DNA of 64,000 bases, from the NCBI GenBank assembly GCA_016748015.1, contig JAAOMT010000617.1, forward strand, positions 124,001-188,000, given 5' to 3'. The notes under the pieces were generated by a model. It searched no databases, was not told where the DNA came from, and saw only the letters and a program-made list of their open reading frames with translations. This document shows positions 30,025 through 42,053 of this stretch, in pieces. How positions within the stretch are numbered: position 1 is the first letter of the stretch; each line of letters opens with the position of its first letter. Source of the stretch: Geosiphon pyriformis uo1 (taxonomy: Eukaryota > Fungi > Glomeromycota). Both the position numbers and the translations under genes were made by a program.

Positions 30025-30281
30025 ATCAAGTTATTTGTTCTAAATTTAGATGGTTTATTTTTCTAATTACAAAGCTACGCATAAATCTATCTTGAATGGT
30101 ATAGGCTTTTTTTTTGAACTTTATAGAAGAACGAGGTTGACCTTCAATATAGTAACAAAAGAAATCTAAGTCTAGTAAACAAAAACATTAATTACCGAAA
30201 TATTTATAATTAAACCTATTTTAAAATGTCTTGCGAAAATGGTTGAATCACGCGTTCTCCACCCAACCAAATTTCATAAAG

Positions 30282-31881
30282 TTACAACGCAATTCCAACC
30301 ACAGATTCATGCTTTGTTTCTTCTACAAAACTCTTCACCGCTCTTTGATCATCCACTATATCAGGTAAACTTTTAATTTCTTTTTGATCTCTCCTCGACC
30401 ACAATACTTTTGCACGTAGACCGCCACCTATCATTACAAGAGTTAAGATCGAACTAAAAATTATTGCTAATATTGCTCCATTTGAGAGATCTTTTCTTTT
30501 ATTAACTTCTGTGTTAAAGGCCCCCTTTGATATATTAGCAGGTTTCTGAGGATCGAATGCATTGCTAGGATCATCAAAATTTATGTTCAAATCTTTTCCA
30601 TTTATTAGGGGCAACTTGAAATTGTTTAATTGAATCGGTAGAATAACGTCGACTTGAGTCACCCAAGTTCCTGTTGTCATATTATAAGCAATCATCGTAT
30701 CTGTAGTGTTTTGTCCTAAAGAACCCTCTGTTCCTCCATGTATCTATTGAAAAAAAAATGATTAAACATTATCCTTTAAAAGGATCCTTTATAAATTGAA
30801 ATTATTACCAGAACAACATCTGATCCATGAATTTGTGTTGCAGCAGCTCTTCGTCTGTTTATAGGCCCATTTGCTGACTTTCGTGGATCCATAATTTGCA
30901 TTTTTCCAAGATCAAATACAATTTCCACAATATGTTTTTTATCATTTGCGTCCCCATCATCTAGGATTATTATGTTAAATTTCCCATCAAGAATGCCAAC
31001 AACGGCATCACTAATATTTATTGGAACCTGAAGCGGCGGAATTACTAATTCATTATTAGGGTTGTAAATTGTGATATCTTTACTTGGGTTAAATCCATTT
31101 TGGGGATCTTTGTCAAGGCCCCCAAATGTCCATGCATTTCCTTTTGCACTAGCGATTCCCGCTGAACTTGTTATAGTTTTATTCTTCAATTACGATTGTA
31201 ATAAATTATAATGATAAGCTTATTTTTGTCTGATCAAGATAAAAATGGCAAAAATTTTCGGGAATGATGACTTACTTTCTGATTGATTGGGTTCCAAGTC
31301 CATGGGTTCGTCGTCATATCAATTTGATATATAAAAGGAATAGTTCCATTAATTGTGAAAATATTACCCCAAAGAAAAACAGATTTTGGCATATACACTG
31401 TAGCTCTAGGCCGAAACGTTGGACTCGTCAATTTTTTTGGAAATCCTTGTATCAATGAAGGATCATTCCATTGTCCCGTTTTAAAATTATAAACTTGTAA
31501 CCCTGGGTTAATATCAGCGGTTAAATTGGCAAAATTTCTTGCCCCTCCAATTACTAAGAAATATCCCAATGTCTGTTCAACAATACATGCGGGATCCATG
31601 ACATTTATAACATTGGTTGTATCTAATTTTTCCCATTGAATGAAGTTTGTGTTAAGAGGCAGAGTTGCTCTATGGAAGAAATTTGAAGGAAATGTTTGTC
31701 CTAATGAATCAGTAACTCCACCAAATAGGTAAACTGAATTATGATATGTTACTAAACAATGTTCTTGTCTTGGGCCAGGGTCCTGAGAAGTTACAAATTT
31801 AACAGTGAATAAAGAGAAATAGAGACCAAATTTCACAACAAGCCATAGTCGACTTTTCAAAAGTTGGTTGAATATCGACAT
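30282..31881 (-). CDS. Type I membrane protein with kelch/galactose-oxidase-like beta-propeller ectodomain
   Basis: Exons 31276-31881, 30809-31183 and 30282-30743 (GT-AG, in frame). Features are a signal peptide; kelch motifs PGPRQEHC...VYLFGG, FLVIGG, WTFGG and VLIHGG; a TM segment GAILAIIFSSILTLVMIGGGL; and a short cytosolic tail. Confidence 0.85.
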
Positions 31882-32815
31882 TTTTAGAAAGTTTCATATG
31901 AAGAATTGAAAGAGAATGAGATTTTGAACACTGAGTTGAATTCCATTGATAAACTTTTAGTTCAGGCAAAGAAGAATAGGACATCGATAAACTCAAAGTT
32001 TCAAATTTTAATGTGCACATCTACTCGGTAATTTTGATAGGAAAAGAGTTCGCAATTTTATTGCAATACAGAATATATCTAGCCGATAAGTTAAACCCAA
32101 ATTCCGATTGATCGTCTTCTAATTTCTCCTAAGAATTAATAATTGTGGTTCATATGGTAGCACAAGGAAGAATATTCATATTTTTGCGGTAATGAATCAG
32201 TAAAATTTCAATAAGGCAAATTATATCAATAATCAATCTAATTCCCCATCTTCAAGTTAATGGTAAAGTAATGAAATTATATATGCTTTGAAGGGTGATG
32301 AATTGATCCTTATTAAGTTCAGACAAACCATAAGTTAGCTCCGATTTTGCTAAATACCTTTGAAGTTATACTTCTGGAGATATGTCGCAAATTTTAGTAA
32401 CTTCCTTGATTTTTTCCTAAAGCAATTTCTTTTCATGAGACTTTTGCATGTAAGCTGCCCCTATGAAATCTGTCCAAGGCCTGAATTTAATAAAAGCATA
32501 GCTTGAATTGTTCATAATTACTCCGTAAATTCTAAACCTGAAAAATTTCCGTGGATCCTAAAGCTTGCATCTTTTTTCGCTCTTCCCCTACAATATTGTT
32601 GTTTTGAAGAGGGAATCTACTGCTAACAGTGATAATTTTTTCATAAATTGAACCTACAAATTGTGAAGGTTTATTTGAAAAAAACAGGTTAGAAAACTAT
32701 TCGCTTTATAAATAGAAACTATTTAGTTACCGTTAGTTGATAATAAAACCACCTCAAAAAAATGAATAGTCGCTGAAAAAGTAATAAGAATGGTTTAGAA
32801 TATAGAATTTAGCAT

Positions 32816-33802
32816 CTACTCTTCAAAAGATTCCAAAACAAACCCTCTTAGGCAATTAGTCAAAGCGCTTTTTCCAGTCAACACTCCATCCTTGATTGCC
32901 TGCCGATACCAATGAATAGCCTCATGTTTATCTTTCATTGTTCCCCAACCATCATCATATGCTGAGGCGAGCCAAGGATGTGCGACCTTTTGTGCAGCTT
33001 GAGCTGATTGTAACCAGCCTGAAAATGCTTTCTTATGATTCATTCTAGTTCCACGACCTTCAGAAAAACACCTGGCTACCTCAATCCTGGAATCAGTATG
33101 ACCAGCCTCAGCAGCCTTTTTGTACCAATAAAAGGCCTTCTTATCATTCCTGACAGTCCCATGCCCATAATGAAAGCACTTTGCCAGTTCATATTGACCA
33201 TCTTCATCACCACCAGCAGCTGATCTTTGAAACCATTTGAATGCTTGTTTCATATTCTCATCGGTCCCAGTACCCTTAACATAGCAGAAACCCAGTAAAT
33301 ATTGAGCAGCTGAATGACCTGCCTTACCTGCCTTTTCATACCAATAAAATGCTAAATCGGGATCTTTTCCGATCCCAATCCCATCTTCATAACACATTCC
33401 CAAGTAATATTGACCCATTGGATTGTCATCTTCAGCTGATTTTTGATACCAGGAGAAAGCTTTTTTTGGATTTTTGGTGGTACCAATCCCAAGTTCCCAG
33501 CATAAACCATAGAGTCGTCGAGAAAATAAATCACCTATAAAAGCACCCTTTTCGTAACATTTAAAAGCTGTCGATAGATCGATTTTTGTCCCTATTCCAT
33601 GTTCGTGGCAAAAGCCCAACAGTGAATAGTATTTTCCATTTTTATTTTCATTTTTAATCGTGTTAAAGAGTGTGAGAGTGGTTTTATTCTTTATTGAAAG
33701 GTATTCGAGAATTCTGCGAATTATTTTTTTGGGAAACTCCCCTTGGCGATGTGATTTTTTAAATATTATATTGAAGACGTTATCTAACATGAGAGAAGTC
33801 AT
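32816..33802 (-). CDS. Sel1-repeat (HCP-like) protein, 328 aa
   Basis: About 7 SLR repeats of the form LG.CYE.G.G..KD..KAF.WY.KAA..G in one intact exon. Confidence 0.93.
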   Translation of the reverse strand: MTSLMLDNVFNIIFKKSHRQGEFPKKIIRRILEYLSIKNKTTLTLFNTIKNENKNGKYYSLLGFCHEHGIGTKIDLSTAFKCYEKGAFIGDLFSRRLYGLCWELGIGTTKNPKKAFSWYQKSAEDDNPMGQYYLGMCYEDGIGIGKDPDLAFYWYEKAGKAGHSAAQYLLGFCYVKGTGTDENMKQAFKWFQRSAAGGDEDGQYELAKCFHYGHGTVRNDKKAFYWYKKAAEAGHTDSRIEVARCFSEGRGTRMNHKKAFSGWLQSAQAAQKVAHPWLASAYDDGWGTMKDKHEAIHWYRQAIKDGVLTGKSALTNCLRGFVLESFEE

Positions 33803-36253
33803 ACTAGAGCTTCTGATCAGAAAAGCCGGTTAGAATAATTGATGATCACTCAGTTTGCCTCTATCATTCTAAGGGACACAAAACTCGTCGCATATCGAAT
33901 TTTCTTAATTACCGAGCTTTATTGTACATTAACCGATTTACTTACATCACCAAACAAGATCTGACAATCGAATTCTTTTATTGCTGATGTCAGATGACAA
34001 TAAGAGAATGATGTAAAAGATTTGATTAATATGCTTATCAATAAGAATATTAATCAGTTGCTTATCAGGTTCAAAATCGCAAAGATGAATACCCCACCCT
34101 TTTTCTCTTTCATGCAAAATTCTGATATTATCATCATTTTTGATATTAAGAAAGGTTACCTTTACATTCATGTGTTTAGTGCAAAAACATGAAGAGAATT
34201 TTAAGCAACAAAAATAACTTCTCATCAGATTTTCGACATATAACCTGGTCAGTAATTTCGGGCCTAATATTAAATTTAAGTGCCAGAAACTTGGGATCTC
34301 ATAAGAATGATTAAGCTATGGTGCTGTTTTAAAGGTTTTCATTATCCATTATGATTGATTTTGTTTGTTTGTTTTTGATATATTTTCTTTAATGAGCACA
34401 AATTTTTTTCTAGAATATTGTAAATAATATAATTTTCATCTTTAACGTGCAAGAAAGAAGAATTAATAAAAAAAGTTAAATTTGAAATATTGAATAGTTA
34501 AATATTGAATATTATTTGCTAATTAAAATACATAATTTACATTAATTTAACAAATAAAGAATTCTTTCATATTTTTGTTAAATATCTTATTGCAAATTTA
34601 ATATGAAAAATCTTTTTTTGCACATTGTTTGGTTTTATAATATTATACAAAAATAATAAGCATTATAAAACAATTATTAGTTTTGTTTATTATCGATGTA
34701 TTACAATTTATTTGATCGAAAATGGCAATTTTATAAATATAGTTTTTATTTTAAAAGATTTTTATTTGAAATTTAATTATTTGTATTTATGTCAATAAGT
34801 CTTAATTTTCATTGAAATATTTACAATTACTTAAAAAATGGATAAATTTATTATAAATTCTTTTTTAAAATATTTTTAGAATTGTACTAATTGATTTTTA
34901 AACATAAAATTAGTCTTTACAACAGATTTTGTTAATAAAACGCCAAATTTTACATTTAAGCTACGAATATTATATAATTAATTAACCAATAATATTATTT
35001 TCAAGTTTTTATAAAATACAATCGTATATTTTTTATATTGTTTTTGACAATAATTCAAATTTTCAATTTTGTTTTAGCCTTTGTTCAATCTTTCTAATTA
35101 TTATTATTATTATTATTATTTATTATCTAAAAAAGGTGGTTTTTTTTATAAAACATGTTTATGTAAAATTTTTTTAGCATAATAAAAGTTGGGTGTATGT
35201 TTTTATATCAATTTTGAATTTTATTCAAAATAATTGGAAGTTATTTTATTTGTGAAATTTGTCTGATTTCAGTTGTTATTTTTATGCTAATAAATCTATT
35301 CTATACACTTTTACTTATACTTATTGGTAAATATTAATAATAATAAAGAATTCTTTATATCAAATATAAATATATTGCTCAAAAGATGTACAATAATAAC
35401 TTGTATCTACAACAGGATAATAATAATCCAAAACACACATTTCAGGCTATTAAAGAGTTTATAATTTAAAAGTCCATCAAAAGTAAGGTTGAGAAATAGA
35501 AATGACCTAAGAAAACAGCAAATAATTTGTTTGTGTCAATGAAAACTAGATGCTTGAGAAAAATGGTGATAAAATTTTACATTGAAATCTTTACAGTCAA
35601 TAAAATATTTGATAAGCTTCCAAATACATTAAATTATCTTGTGTTGCAATTTTTTGTTATTGCCATTTTTTCGAAACACTGTATATCCTGGATTCTTGAC
35701 AATCTAATTTAATTTAAAAATGATTTATTTTTACTTTGGTCTTTTTTTCAATTAATATGGCTTTTTTTGGGTAACAAACCTGAGTCGATGACATACTGTC
35801 CAGAATCCCGAATTTTAAAGCTCTTATTTTGTATGAAATTAAGTTACAACAGTGCCGCAAAACAAAATAGCTCTTTTAAATTATGATTTTTATATTAATA
35901 ATTACTGGATTTAAAAAATGAAATGGTCTTCCTTGCTTATGAGTCAATTTCAAACTGATTATCGTAAGATGATTTTCATAAGTGACGAATCGGCAGGAAC
36001 TATCTCAGGGGATGTCAGTCAATTGAGACAATTTCAAATCACATTAGGGCCATATACGTGACCTATAACACAGGGTTTAACGAGTTAAGATATCATTGGA
36101 CTTTTTGATTGATATTATCAATCACACTTTTCATCCTCCCAAAATGATAAATTTGGGGGGGGGGAATAATTTGACATCAATGACAGGGAAAGATTTTAAA
36201 TATTATAAGTAAAAATGCAGATTTTCTATCTTTCACCTTTCCCCAAGGAAACC

Positions 36254-38405
36254 TCAATTTTTCCCGAGAATTGTTTCAACAGTTTCATGTCTGGGGATAA
36301 ATCGAATATTGAATGGTTTCAATTCGTGTGCGAGATTTCCACCCGTGTAATCAGTGATATCAATCTTTGGAGGCAAGCCGTCAATATTTTCTGAAGATCC
36401 TTTGAATTCGAGTTGAAAGGCCCATAATATACGCGAAACAAAAATCTGTAGCTCCACTTCAGCCTGGTAATTGCATTTATCGTGTTAAAATTATAACTGA
36501 ACAGTGAATTAATACAAAAATTTGTTCATTAGAACTGAATTACCAAATGTATTCCAACACAGAGGCGCCTTCCAGCACCAAAAGCAAAGTGATCCCGTTT
36601 TCCAGACGCACCTTGAGCCAGTGCTGCCGATCGTTCCTTGACGCCCAGGAACCTTGTAGGATCGAAGGTATGTGGATTTTTATGTCGATCTTCGTTTGTT
36701 TCAATTGCACAAGTATTAATGACAACCAAGGTATTTTTGGGAATGTAAAAACCATTATACTCGTCATCTTCTTCAATAAAGTGTGCTATTCCACTACGAA
36801 GCTATTTGCAGGAAGAAAAATTGATTAAGATAAATCTTTGATTGTAATCAAACAACACAAAGAAAACTCTTTTCAGACCGGTGGAGTCAGACGAAGAACC
36901 TCCTTAATGATTGCTCGAACAAAAGGTAAGGAAGCTTCATCGCCAATGTCGGGAAGGCGAGATCTTCCGACGACCTTTGATAGTGGTAAATGCTGTTCAG
37001 TTTCAAAAAGAAACTCAAAATATTTGCAAAATAATTCTTCACCTCATCAAGTTCTTTTTGTGCTCGTTTTTGAATTTCCGTGTGGCTCGCCAATAAACCC
37101 ATAAGCACTGTCAGAGTAGTCGCAACTGTTTCCTGGAATTTTGGTAGCAATAAATGAAGCCAATTTTTTTGTAAAGATTAAAGATGAAATTCATACCGTG
37201 CCACCAATGAAAAAGTTTTGAGCCATATGAATTGCATCTAATTCATCAATCACTCCTTCATCCATTTTTTTTAAGAAATCACGAGCTGCACATGGGGTTT
37301 GCTTCTCATCATCCTTTACTTTTTTTAATAACCATCTAATCTTTGTTTCCCATTCATCTCGACACTCCAAGGCCTCCTTCAAATGTATGTTTGTTATTTT
37401 CTCTAAAATTTTCAAAAATGGAAAAGAGACATAATAGTTTGCTGCTTGAATCGCGTGGAACCATCTGGAAATCATTGCCGAAATTTCTTTATAGAGAGGA
37501 TCATTGACCCCACTAGTTTTGATCGCGAAGAGAACGTTGAGTATGACATTGAATGAACCATGCATGAAGATATCTTTTGGAAAGATTCCATTTGAAATTT
37601 GGCCATTACAAAGCAAAGTGTTTAACAGATCACGTGAACACTCGTCGATTAAACTGAAATAAGTGTCAACTTTGCGTTGAGCTATAAATCCATGTGCTGA
37701 AATGAATAATAAAATCATTATGGAGGGGCAAGTATAGCTTTAGTACCGAAACACAAGCGTTTAAATGATGAATCCGGGAATTTCATTCCATATATACCTA
37801 AAGGCATCATCTTTTTATACCAGTCATTGTATGGTGAGAAGATATATGATCTTTTACGCGCAAGTATTTCCCAGGTGATATAACCACCCAATCGAGAAGA
37901 ATATTTGGCACCTCCTTGGTAAGCAAAAAAGAAGATTTTTAAAACAATCGATTGAACATTTCAGTAAACCTTAACAAGAAATAACATAGGCTTACGCTTT
38001 TGCAGTAGATCATTTACAACCTTTTCACTATTCAAAAATATAAATTTGTGTCTCCCTACGTAAACGAGAAAAATATCGCCCAAAATTTTGCTCCATTCTG
38101 TTATCCTATCGGATTCATCAAATATATTAAAAAACAATAACGTCTTGATAAGAGTACTCTAATACGGTTTTACTTACTTTCTGTATCTATAGCGTTCAGG
38201 ACCTAAGGCAAGGAGGTGACCTAATTAAAATTTATGATAGTTAAAATATTATTTTATCATGTGATCACAAATTTTTACATATACCTATAAAGAACCATTT
38301 TCCTGGAGGTTCTGGAAGCGGTTTCAACCCTTTTGGAATTTTGGGTTTTCTCTTGGACAAAAGATAATATGAAATTACGCCTAATAAAATCAAAAAGAAA
38401 AACAT
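36254..38405 (-). CDS. Cytochrome P450, multi-exon
   Basis: N-terminal anchor MFFFLILLGVISYYLL, Pro hinge LPEPPGKWFFIG, I-helix IGGT|ETVATTL, ExxR (KEVLRL), FDPTRF, and heme motif FAFGAGRRLCVG. Confidence 0.93.
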
Positions 38406-38433
38406 TTTATAGGCATCAAAAACACGGACGGGG

Positions 38434-38442
38434 TTTTATATA
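38434..38442 (-). promoter_or_regulatory. Candidate TATA box of the P450 gene
   Basis: TATATAAAA on the minus strand about 30 nt upstream of the ATG at 38405. Confidence 0.4.
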
Positions 38443-39535
38443 CCAATTTTACATGTCCATGCATGCAGTAGAGAAAACTTTTCTATAAGCAACATGTGAA
38501 TAACTGCTATTGGGATTTCCAAAAATAAGTTACAATGATGACATTTTCTTTTCTTCTAAGTAGTAAATTTGAAAAGCTAGAAAACAGAATAAATTTTTTT
38601 GTTTCAAGAAATTTTATAAATAAATACATCTTATATTTTTATAAATTATGAATAGTATATTATCTTTAAAGTGTTATTTTAGACCATGAAACCCCAAAGC
38701 AACATTCTTTTAAAAGAAACCTTAAAATAATACAATTTTGCGCTAATAAACTTTGAGAGTCTAGTTCAAAGATGATTTCATATAATTAAATCATTGATTA
38801 ATTCGTTCACAGTGACAGGAAATATCCATTTGTATAAATCTTTTTTCATTAGATTATTATTCAGACCTTGCAATCATATACATGTCAGCACTTATAATTT
38901 TATTATCGTATCGAATATGTTAATACAGTACGTCCATTTCTATTTGGGAAGTTTCTCGCATTGTTGACCTTATAAATAATAGCTTGAAATTTGCCTAAAT
39001 TTCGAGACGAGGTAATATCTTCTTCAATAAGAGTAGTTTTATCACAAATCCAAGAAGTCATTAATTTATAAGCGAAAGCAAGGAAATTATTTTAAATACC
39101 ATTATGAGCTTAATCTAACGTGGAACCTTTGCAATTACCTTCAAAAAAAATACCTTGATAGAGTAGATTTGCTCGTTGGCATGAAATTGCCAAAGGTCTT
39201 CAATATTTGTATACTTTACAAAAACTTGTATATTATAGTCTGTCGTTCAGGAGTTAGAATAAAATTATCAAGTTTTTCCTTTATCGCCTTGACGCTCCAT
39301 TAGAGAAATGTTACACAATAGCAGATATTCGACCTCGTGCTCGATAACTTTTGAGTAAAATGCGCTTTTTTGAAGCCATAAATCAATTCCGAGCTCTGTT
39401 TATATTGATTAATGCTGGTCAAATTATTTTGTCTAGGAAACAAACTTCATATTTTAAACCTTGCCAGCTAGAGAGCTGTCTGCGTCATGCAATTTAAATA
39501 TTTATGCTGATTCTACGCAATTTCTAACATTCACC

Positions 39536-40868
39536 ATGATGAAACAGATAATCTCAAACCCACATTCCCCGGTCTACTGGAATGGTCGTAGAACTTGGCA
39601 AAATTTCTTCAATAAGAATATAAAGCCTTGTGTTTTTAGACCAGATTCAATGAATTCTTATTCAAATCGGGTTTTAGTAGGTTTCCTTTCATTTTCACCT
39701 TCAAAAAAAACTCCAATTTCTTATGAAATTTTAGAAAAAAATATTGAATGAGAATGTTCGGCAGCCAACATCAAGTCTCCCAGCGATAAATCAAGTGAGC
39801 ACAGTGCTGGATTCAAGTGAACCTCAAAATTCCAAAACTTACCAAAAAACAAAGAAACTATCAAAAAGAAAAAGCAAAAAGTTGGCTCGTGAAGCTGACA
39901 TTCGTCAAGCTTTCGAAACATCTTTTGCTGCATTTTATGAGCCTCAATATGGTGTCCAGCGTTGGAAAAGTCTTTACGAAGAACTCAAAGTGCGACGAAC
40001 TTATTGCGCCATGATAAATAAATATACATCATCTGATCGAGTTAAGGAATTTCTTGAATCAAAAAACATCAAGAAACTCTCTTTTTTCGATATTCCTTGT
40101 TATTTATCCAACATGCGTTTTCCTGCACCTCTCCCTGATACCAACAAAATATTGGATTATTATCCTCTCGATGCTGCTTCAATTCTAGTGACTCAAGCTT
40201 TGAATTTAAAACATGATGACTTTGTTCTTGATGCCTGCGCAGCTCCTGGTGGGAAATCATTGGCAATTCTGCAACATTTATCACTAAATGGCTTTCTAAC
40301 TGCTAATGAGCCGGATACTGAGCGTCGTTTTCGCCTTATAAAATTAATAAACGACTATATTCCTTCTCCCCAAAAATCTCGTATTTCAGTGATTTCTAAA
40401 TTTTCAAAAAAAGATACTCTTTTTGATAAAGTTTTAGTGGATGCACCGTGTTCGGCGGAACGACATCTTATTTCAAATTTTGATGAAATCGAGCGTTGGA
40501 ACGAAAGAAAGTCTAAACGTTTTGCCAAAAAGCAATTAGGAATTCTTTGCGATGCTGTCAAGACCTTGAAAATTGGAGGATTGTTAGTTTATGCCACTTG
40601 TTCAGTAAGTCGAATGGAAAATGATGATGTGGTCGAAAGATTTCTCAGCGAGAGTTGGGTTCCTTTGGAGCTGGCTGTGAACGAGTGGCCAATAGGTGAA
40701 AGGACAAAACTTGGCTGGATTGTACTTCCGGATCGTTACGATGGGATGGGTCCAATGTATATTTCCACAATAAAAAGAGTTGGAGAATGGAAAGATAACT
40801 TGAAGCATTTGCAAGAAACTCGAGAAAAAGCAAAGAAAGACCATGATTCCGAGTATGAGTCAGACTAG
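39536..40868 (+). CDS. NOL1/NOP2/Sun-family m5C RNA methyltransferase (NSUN3/NSUN4-like, possibly mitochondrial)
   Basis: Motifs YYPLDAAS, VLDACAAPGGKS, FDKVLVDAPCS, LVYATCS..RMEND and GPMY. A likely short first exon (ATG at 39536 or 39650, to 39676) splices in frame through a GT-AG intron at 39677-39734. Confidence 0.9.
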
Positions 40869-41536
40869 AACGACGAATAATTATATAGCTACCAAATAAA
40901 GCGATCAGTCTATTGAAAATTTACTTTCTAAATATTTTATTACTCTTGCAATCAAGAATTCAAAACTGGACATTTTCCAGGATTCTATCTATAAAAGAGC
41001 TTGATATGAGCTTTAAATAGGATTATAGGTAATATTTAACTAGTCACAAATTTAACATTGGAGACTTGAACTGAAACCTTTTCAAAATATTTGGATTTAA
41101 GATTTTCACTTTAGGCTGCTTTAAAGCAAGAAAGGCCAGTGGCATAAATTTCAAATTTGAAATATCAGAAAGGGAATCGTGTTCAAAATTTCTATTACAC
41201 AAACAGGAGAAATGGTAAAGCCGAAGTCAAGTTTGATGCGATTGTCCTAGAAATGGGTATAATGGGAGGGCTTGGTTCGTATTTATATTGGTATCACACA
41301 TAATGTTACAATAAATCAGCCTCTTAAATGTGATTTTCAACGGCGTGGGAACACATCTGCATGGTTCCACTTTAACATCTAATTGGCATCGTAAAGGTGC
41401 TTAATCTACATGATACAAGTCCAACGATTTAACAGACAATTTTAATATTCACTTAACCGTTTTGAACAACTTTCGCACCTAAAATTCCGAAATAATCACC
41501 CCGAAATACGAAATTCTTTGATTCTTTTAGTTCATT

Positions 41537-42053
41537 ATGGCCTTTGTAGAAATAAAAACAAACGTCACGGTATCATTCTCGAATATTCATAGTTAGGACT
41601 GAATTTAAAAGGAACCTTTTTGTATCTTAATGGATTCAATTTTAGATTCCTAACATTGATGATTTTGTCGATGACCTCCTCCATATCTCAGCCGCGATTC
41701 TTTCACGACCACCAAATGAAATTGCTGTGAATGTGACCGACCAGCAACGAGCCATGAGAACAAATGGTTTTCGTGGGTCACCTGCGTATGTTATCGAACT
41801 TAAGTGTGTTGATAGATTTGGTAGCGCTGAAAACCGACGTATTGCAAAAGGGTATGCACAATTTATGGATAAACAATTGGGGATTGGTAAGGAAGGCGGT
41901 ATGATACTATTTCTTGATCCCGGTGCTCAGAATATTGCTCTTGGAGGTGATACACTTGAATGGCGTTCTGGTGATGGAATGAGTCCAGGTTCCAGAGATA
42001 TTTGGGATTTTCCACGCAATAGTCACCTATATCCGAGAACGATGTCAGAATAA
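41537..42053 (+). CDS. MIF/tautomerase-superfamily protein, 2 exons
   Basis: Exons 41537-41569 and 41646-42053 give MAFVEIKTNVTIPNIDDFVDDLLHISAAILSRPPNEIAVNV...PAYVIELKCVDRFGSAENRRIAK...LGI...ILFLD...NIALGGDT, which is collinear with MIF. Confidence 0.85.
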
